DNA of 41,330 nt from the NCBI RefSeq assembly GCF_001194135.2, contig NC_068984.1, positions 88,398,142 through 88,439,471 on the forward strand, in the 5' to 3' direction. Positions 35,549-41,330 of the stretch are shown here, piece after piece. The notes under the pieces are model-generated. The model was not told the origin of the DNA, made no database searches, and was given only the letters and a program-made list of their open reading frames with translations. Numbering within the stretch: position 1 is the first letter of the stretch; every line of letters begins with the position of its first letter. This stretch comes from Octopus bimaculoides. Its lineage: Eukaryota. A program made the translations under genes and the position numbers.

Positions 35549-36553
35549 TTCTATAAAACAAGCACATATATAAAATCACAAACTAGTAACCCGTGCCTTA
35601 ATAGTAGAAAATAATTGTGAAAGCGAAAACCAATAACAGCAATTCTGAAGTACTGTATACAGTAATTAATATATTAACTATATAAAATAAAACTGCCAAC
35701 ATAATTCAATGACTTATTTGTCTGGCTAATCGATTTTAACTAAGGTGAATGAATAATTAAGGAATAAAGTAGTATTAGTTATTTTATTTGTGTTATACCC
35801 AATGAAAAGAACATGCAGTTTTGTTCAAGTATAATTGCTCTCCAGTGACAGCACAATGCTCATCAGATTCATACACCTACCCTTATCTATTCCATGGCGC
35901 TTGTTCAAATCTCTAATAATACATTTTCCAGTGTACAGTCGAAATGTTCTTTGCATGTAATATTCGACATTCATATTCTGTATTTAATCACTTTTGTTTG
36001 AGTTTTAGCTAAACTCGATTATAGTAATACCGCATTAGTCTCAAAATAACCACAGAAAATAGTGAAATATTTATCAAAGAATATGAGTGTACGATAAACG
36101 ACAACCAAACAAATAAATTGGAACAATATTCTTACAAGATATCATTAAAAGAGAAAAATGTACAGAGATTTAGCATGAGAAATGTTCATTAATATACGAG
36201 TTAATCAAGCATGGAGCCATATAATTAAACAAGCAGTAAAGTGGCAGAGTTGTTAGAGCAGGTATTGGGAAACGTTCTTCGAGAAGCGGGCTGCATGAAA
36301 CATAGCTTATCATCAGGCGGATGTAAGGAAATTTTTCGTTAGGCGTGCCATTCGGAGACTCTCACGGGTCGCAGTTAGCTCATGACTGCGTTAGAGCGTC
36401 GCGATATTTGTTCTTTGATAAAATAAAAGTATCAATCCAGGATGATGGATTGACAGAACTGTTAGAGTTCAGGTAGCTTGCGGTATTTATTCTGACTCTT
36501 TGTATTCTCAGTTTTATCTGGACGGTAAAGTAGCTCTTATTCCACATTCTTAC

Positions 36554-36576
36554 CTGAGTTTCTTCTTGACGAGCAT
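36554..36576 (-). CDS. Candidate first coding exon (MLVKKKL)
   Basis: ATG at 36576, strong donor CAG|GTAAGA at 36554/36553, CpG-rich surroundings; phase compatible with the 30094-30175 candidate exon. Confidence 0.15.
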
Positions 36577-37639
36577 TCACCGCCCTTCTATAGTCTGTGT
36601 CTGGATGCTCTCGTCGTGGGATCAACAAAATTTTTAAGAATCGTTCAGAACTTCACAACTATAAATGAGGTCTAAATTAACATAGGGGTGCCTACCCATC
36701 GGATAGCAAACGCGTATCAGTGGCTTTTCACTGGTGTTGTTAGGTATGTTAGGAATGCTTATGTTGCAGAGGTCTACTTCAGCTGCTATTTCAGAAAAGC
36801 TCAGGTGCCCATACCCGTCGCTAAGGGAGGCCAAGTGACGAGAATGGTGCGAGTGAACGCTTGTAGTTTACAAAAATCTTCCTGCAATGCATTTCTTGAA
36901 GTCTGAGTAATATGCCTGTCGCTAAGGGGTGCACTGGACGGCACTGGCCCTTCAAGGGTAACGCTCAGATTTAGAAAATACAGTTTACAAAAATCTTCCT
37001 GCAATACAAATTAGTGCCCACCCAGAATATTCTGAAGCACCCAGAGGCACTAGCGTCTGGAGACAGACCTGTAGGTACCTGTATTTATGAAATTACTGTT
37101 TTCACTATCACTTCCAGCGCAATTTACTTTCATTTTTTACGACACTAAACTGCTTATTTAACACTACCACCTGCCACCTTGAGTATCTTTGGCGGAGTTC
37201 ACCAAATATTCAAGTAAGCTCGCCGATTTGAGGATACATTCCTCACTTGTTCTCACCAGCCTTGGACCCTGTAAAGGGTCATGACACTACATCCCTGCTG
37301 ATTAAAAGATGAAAGAAAAAAAAATTACGACGTTCACAAAAACTCATCAGTAAACATCGCTTAAATGAGAAACAAGTAAAAGTCGATAGTATCTAGAATT
37401 GTATGAAGAATTCAGTAGATTATTGTAAGGCGTCAACGAAATGAATTAAAGCAAAAAGAATGCAGTAATATCGAAGACATATCTCAAAACATCCAGTGGA
37501 ATTATAATTTTCTGATAACATCAACTGAGAGCAAAATAACAACACTCCTAAGTTTGGTAACTGCTGAGGAATTTTAGTGTACAAATTGCTACAACGGAAA
37601 TAACAATTAAGCGAACTTGTTTGCTTGAAAAGAGAACTT

Positions 37640-38054
37640 ATTTTTTTATTGCCCACAAGCGGCTAAACATAGAGGGGACAAACAAGGACAGACAAAGGGA
37701 TTAAGTCGATTACGTCGACCCCAGTGCATAACTGGTACTTAATTTATCGACTCGAAATGATGAAAGGCAAAGTCGACCTCGGTGGAATTTGAACTCAGAA
37801 CATAAAGACAGACGAAATAGCCCTAAGCATTTCGCCCGGCGTACTAACGTTTCTTATTTCTTTATTGCCCACAAGGGACTAAACATAGAGGGGACAAACA
37901 AGGACAGACAAAGGGGTTAAGTCGATTACATCGACACCAGTGCGTAACTGGTACTTAATTAATCGGCGGAATTTGAACTCAGAACGTAAAGGCAGACGAA
38001 ACACCGCTAAGCATTTCGCCCGGCGCGCTAACGTTTCTGCCAGCTCGCCGCCTT
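37640..38054 (-). mobile_element. Dimer of Nin/Deu-like SINEs within one 15-bp TSD
   Basis: Two colinear units (37640-37854, 37855-38052); TTGAAAAGAGAACTT at 37625-37639 and 38055-38069. Confidence 0.9.
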
Positions 38055-38854
38055 TTGAAAAGAGAACTTGTAATATAGGTTGTTTGTAATTGTGTTTGTT
38101 TAAAATGTTTATCATATAATCATTTGATAACGGTTTAGTTTATAATAAAAGGTTTCTCTATCCCTTTCATGTAATTTTCGCTTCCTGCGCGCGTGCACGC
38201 ACACACACGCTCCCCTCCTTTCTCTTTCACTCTTTTATCCATTTATCTCTCATTATCATACTTTCATCCTCTCTCCTCTCCTTCCTTAATCCCAAGATTA
38301 TAATATTAGTCGATCGCATCTATGTTTCCGGAAGTTAAATAGACATTCAAAAGATGAAAGAATAATTTATATTATTCAATGTTTAGGCTATAATGTTAAA
38401 AATACTGTCTATTCTCATATTTCACAGAAGGTTATGAAAAAAGTTTGTTAGTACATGTCTACTTTCTTTCTTCTTTTTGTTTTGAAATGACTTTCATGAA
38501 TTGGAAAACTAAATACAACTTCCTTCCCAAATTAGGGCAAATTAGTAGCGTTTTCATTATGTTTATGACTAGTGAATATCCGTGGAAAATTCCAAGGTGA
38601 TGAGTTTTTTGGTTTTTATGTTCCGAGATATCAAAAGTAATTATCTGCTATGTCTGTGTATTTTACTGAAACACCGACAGAAGTTTGGTACTTCATACGC
38701 TGGGCAGAAATAGCTCGGCCCTGGTTAATGCATAGTGAAATATCAACTCAAGGCATAAAAAAAAAAGAAGAGCTCGGGGAACATATTCCCCACCCTTCTC
38801 ATTCAGGTATAGGTGTATTGGGGCAATCGTTGATTTAGTGATGATAATAGATGG

Positions 38855-39042
38855 ACAGATGATGTTGATGGCAGTGTTGAGGTGGAAATGGGTGGGATGG
38901 GGAAAGACAGGGTAGATCAGGGTAAAGATGTGATGATGACAGATAAATGAGTGACTAAATAGTATACGTGAATAAACAAATGTGTTGTTATGGCGCAGGT
39001 GATAGTGGTGATGGTGGTGGTGATGATGATGAAAGTGAGGAA

Positions 39043-39078
<36 letters not shown>

Positions 39079-39150
39079 AACGATAGTAGTAATAACAATG
39101 ATGATAACGGTATCCATGATAATCGTGGGAGTGGTGGTGATGATGATTAT
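38855..39150. repeat. (GAT)n/(GGT)n low-complexity tract
   Basis: Directly visible; source of the poly-D/poly-M ORFs. Confidence 0.9.
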
Positions 39151-39346
39151 TATCAAAATCTCTTACAAATAAAGCATCACCTTATGAAAAAAGACACGTA
39201 GATCATTCATACTCAGCAACTAATATTTCTATACATTCCTTTTATAAATACAATTTTCCTTAATAAAAAGGATAGAATTTATTACATAAATGAGAGAAAA
39301 ACTGATTTTATGAACTGCATTATGATATTGTATTATTACACTGTAT

Positions 39347-39525
39347 GACAGCGGCGGGATGACGAAATTGTTAGTCTTTAAGTTCTGAGTTCAAAGTGCG
39401 TTGAGGTCAACTTTGCCTTTCATCCTTTCGAAGTCGATAAAATAAGTACCAGCTGGGTACTGGGGTCGATGTAATTGATTTACCGCCTCCCCGGACACGC
39501 TGGCCTTGTGCCAAAATTTGAAACC
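39347..39525 (+). mobile_element. Nin/Deu-like SINE with 15-bp TSD
   Basis: TTCTGAGTTCAAAG...GGTCAACTTTGCCTTTCATCCTTTCG; TSD ATTATTACACTGTAT at 39332-39346 and 39526-39540. Confidence 0.9.
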
Positions 39526-39651
39526 ATTATTACACTGTATTATAGACTGAGAGTGTGTACCGCCCGGGGAAGACTTTGAATGTGTCGCACCTTGCCCCTT
39601 GGGTCCTCAAGTTTATACAGACTTATACAGCAGAAATGAAAGTACCGCTTC

Positions 39652-39659
39652 TATAAAAG
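39652..39659 (+). promoter_or_regulatory. Candidate TATA box in a CpG-rich patch
   Basis: TATAAAAG followed by CGTCGTCGGAGCGGACCGC; local CpG enrichment at 39550-39720. Confidence 0.2.
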
Positions 39660-39734
39660 CGTCGTCGGAGCGGACCGCTGCTGATTCCCAGCCCTACACA
39701 CACCAGCTACATTACCGATTATAGGAAGTATAGC

Positions 39735-39910
39735 GAGATGGATTGGCAGAATAGTTAGAGTGTCGGATAATGGATCGCAGCAAAAATTCCGGCTCTTTAC
39801 GCCCTGAATTCAAATGAAGCCGAAGTTAATTTTATTTTTCATCCTTTCGGGGATCAATAAAATAATATATCAGTTAAGTAATGGTATCAACTAACTTCCT
39901 GCCACAAATA
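39735..39910 (+). mobile_element. Nin/Deu-like SINE, diverged
   Basis: TGGCAGAATAGTTAGAG head, CTGAATTCAAAT B box, TTTCATCCTTTCGGGG core. Confidence 0.7.
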
Positions 39911-40269
39911 AATGTTGACCATGCATCATTTAATAAACCATTATTATATATACCGTATCATTATATTGGTATATTATGTCAAGGACATCCGTCCATCTGG
40001 TTTTACAGTTGCTACACGCTTTGTGTAAGATGAAATCTACACAAAAACACACACGCAAGCAGTTTTATCGTCAACCTATCAAGTATGATGAATATGGCAT
40101 AGACGTTGATTATAAAGAATAAATGTTTATGGTGGTCAGATTGCTACTTTTGCGTCAGTTCCCCCCCCCCAATCGCAGTCGATATTGGGTGCTTTCTTTA
40201 ACACCCCCCCCCAAATAAACAAAAAAAACACTCAGCGCCAAATCCTTCAGATAAAGAAGTGAATGTTAA

Positions 40270-40480
40270 TGATTTCTTTCTGCCAGAGGCACAAAGGCCT
40301 AAAATCTTTTGGTGGGAGGGAGTCTTGTCCATTACATCATCCCCGGTGTTCAACTGATATTTATTTTATCGACCCAGAAAAGATGAAAGTAAAGTCGACT
40401 TCAGCACAATTTAAACTCAAACGCAAAGCCGGAAGAAATGCTGCTTAACATTTTGTTCAACAAGAACAGCTATGTTGACA
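40270..40480 (-). mobile_element. Nin/Deu-like SINE, diverged
   Basis: GGCACAAAGGCCT...ATCGACCCAGAAAAGATGAAAGTAAAGTCGAC...TTTAAACTCAAACG. Confidence 0.75.
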
Positions 40481-40797
40481 TTAACAGTCAGGATATCGCA
40501 CCTGCACCCACTAAAATATTTATAGAGCCCGGGTCTTCTCAATCTGAAAATATTCCAAATGACGAAAATGCCGATGAAGTAAATGTGAATGTGACCTATG
40601 AATCTCTACTGCCTCTTCAGAACAATGTCACTGGAATTAGACCAAATCAGCCAATTCTGACGCAATATAAACCAAAGAAATCTGATAGGGAGGCAGAGAT
40701 TTCAAAACTCAATGGTTTAAATTTCAGTATTGGTTTACCTACGACACTGACAAATGTCAAACCTCGAATTACCCTGGAACTAGCTACACTTCTATAA
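40438..40797 (+). CDS. 119-aa ORF of unknown nature (first ~15 codons lie in a SINE head)
   Basis: Longest non-repetitive open frame in the window (...DENADEVNVNVTYESLL...). Possible acceptors at 40487/40491 and a GTAAGT donor at 40801; no homology recognised. Confidence 0.2.
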   Translation: MLLNILFNKNSYVDINSQDIAPAPTKIFIEPGSSQSENIPNDENADEVNVNVTYESLLPLQNNVTGIRPNQPILTQYKPKKSDREAEISKLNGLNFSIGLPTTLTNVKPRITLELATLL

Positions 40798-40907
40798 ACA
40801 GTAAGTGCAAGTTACACACGAGCATCACCCTTTTTTATTCGATTTACGTTTATCCAACCACCCCGTTATGTTTTAAATACACTGATTAACACAAACAAAA
40901 AATGTAC

Positions 40908-41045
40908 AGTTCTATATTTAAGAGATGAGGAATTATGTACATTATTTATATTATTTACATTCGACGGATATTTGTCCTCATCTTGTTTGTTGTTAACACA
41001 ACGTTTCGGCTGATATAACCTCCAGCCTTCTTCAGGTGTCTTGGT
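40908..41045 (-). mobile_element. Penelope-like terminal repeat carrying a hammerhead
   Basis: Homologous to 23852-23990 and 24630-24720 (shared CCTGAAGAAGGC...GCCGAAA and CCTCATCTC blocks). Confidence 0.6.
40995..41040 (-). ncRNA. Minimal type I hammerhead ribozyme
   Basis: GACAC-CUGAAGA-A-GGCUG(GAGGUUAUAU)CAGCC-GAAA-CG-UU|GUGUU: 5-bp helix I, 5-bp helix II, palindromic ACGU helix III, extra A after A9. Confidence 0.65.
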
Positions 41046-41053
41046 GAAATTTC

Positions 41054-41116
41054 GTAGTGGTTAAAGCGCGGGCTAATAACCCCAAGTTTCTGTGTTCGAT
41101 TCCAAGCACTGACCTT
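41054..41116 (+). mobile_element. tRNA-derived SINE head fragment
   Basis: GTAGTGGTTAAAGC (A box) and GTTCGATTCC (B box) without a complete cloverleaf or acceptor stem. Confidence 0.55.
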
Positions 41117-41123
41117 GATAAGG

Positions 41124-41330
41124 CTGGAAAACTATTATAATATAACCACAATAAGACTGCAAAAATACCTACTTCAGAAGCAAGGGAAACTAATACAAAT
41201 AGCCACAAAACACGAGCAAAGCAAAAAACTATTTTCAGTATTTAAGGAAGCTGACAAATACAAACAAGAAATCATATTACCTAACAAAGAAGAAGAAGAA
41301 GAAGAAGAAGAAGAAGAAGAAGAAGAAGAA
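41124..41330 (+). mobile_element. R4/Dong-clade LINE internal fragment running into in-frame (GAA)n
   Basis: LENYYNITTIRLQKYLLQKQGKLIQIATKHEQSKKLFSVFKEADKYKQEIILPNKEEEE resembles the post-RT region of Dong/R4 ORFs. Confidence 0.6.

Noticed and set aside
37322-37356. Minus-strand CUGAUGA...GAAC-GUC motif
   Set aside because: One core A is missing, there is no helix II and helix I does not pair.
38917-39201. Acidic poly-Asp ORF
   Set aside because: (GAT)n/(GGT)n microsatellite with no splice or homology support.
41054-41116. Possible tRNA gene
   Set aside because: A and B boxes are present but there is no acceptor stem or complete cloverleaf; it is a SINE head. The same applies to 2690-2754.

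Overview
AT-rich animal genomic DNA from a draft assembly with several N gaps. The microsatellite load and the tRNA-derived SINE families look like Octopus/coleoid cephalopod; this attribution is from recognition, not a search. No intact protein-coding gene, rRNA, genuine tRNA or CRISPR array could be identified. The window is mostly decayed mobile DNA: three or four tRNA-SINE families (about 20 copies, many in tandem at (AAT)n tracts), RTE LINE ends, a long Tx1/L1-clade LINE and a second Tx1 ORF1 piece, three R4/Dong/NeSL-type (RLE) LINE fragments, two near-full-length dead Tc1/mariner elements with both TIRs, a pogo-like transposase relic, a hAT deletion derivative and several MITEs. Most listed ORFs are microsatellite, gap or antisense-transposon artefacts. 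The most notable non-annotated signals are minimal type I hammerhead ribozymes of the Penelope-associated kind (intact core at 27578-27649, a second at 40995-41040, several decayed copies), a perfect 88-bp palindrome (17322-17409), a pair of RFX X-box motifs with a CCAAT box (15776-15899), a SINE dimer inside one 15-bp TSD, and a few weakly supported candidate host exons.
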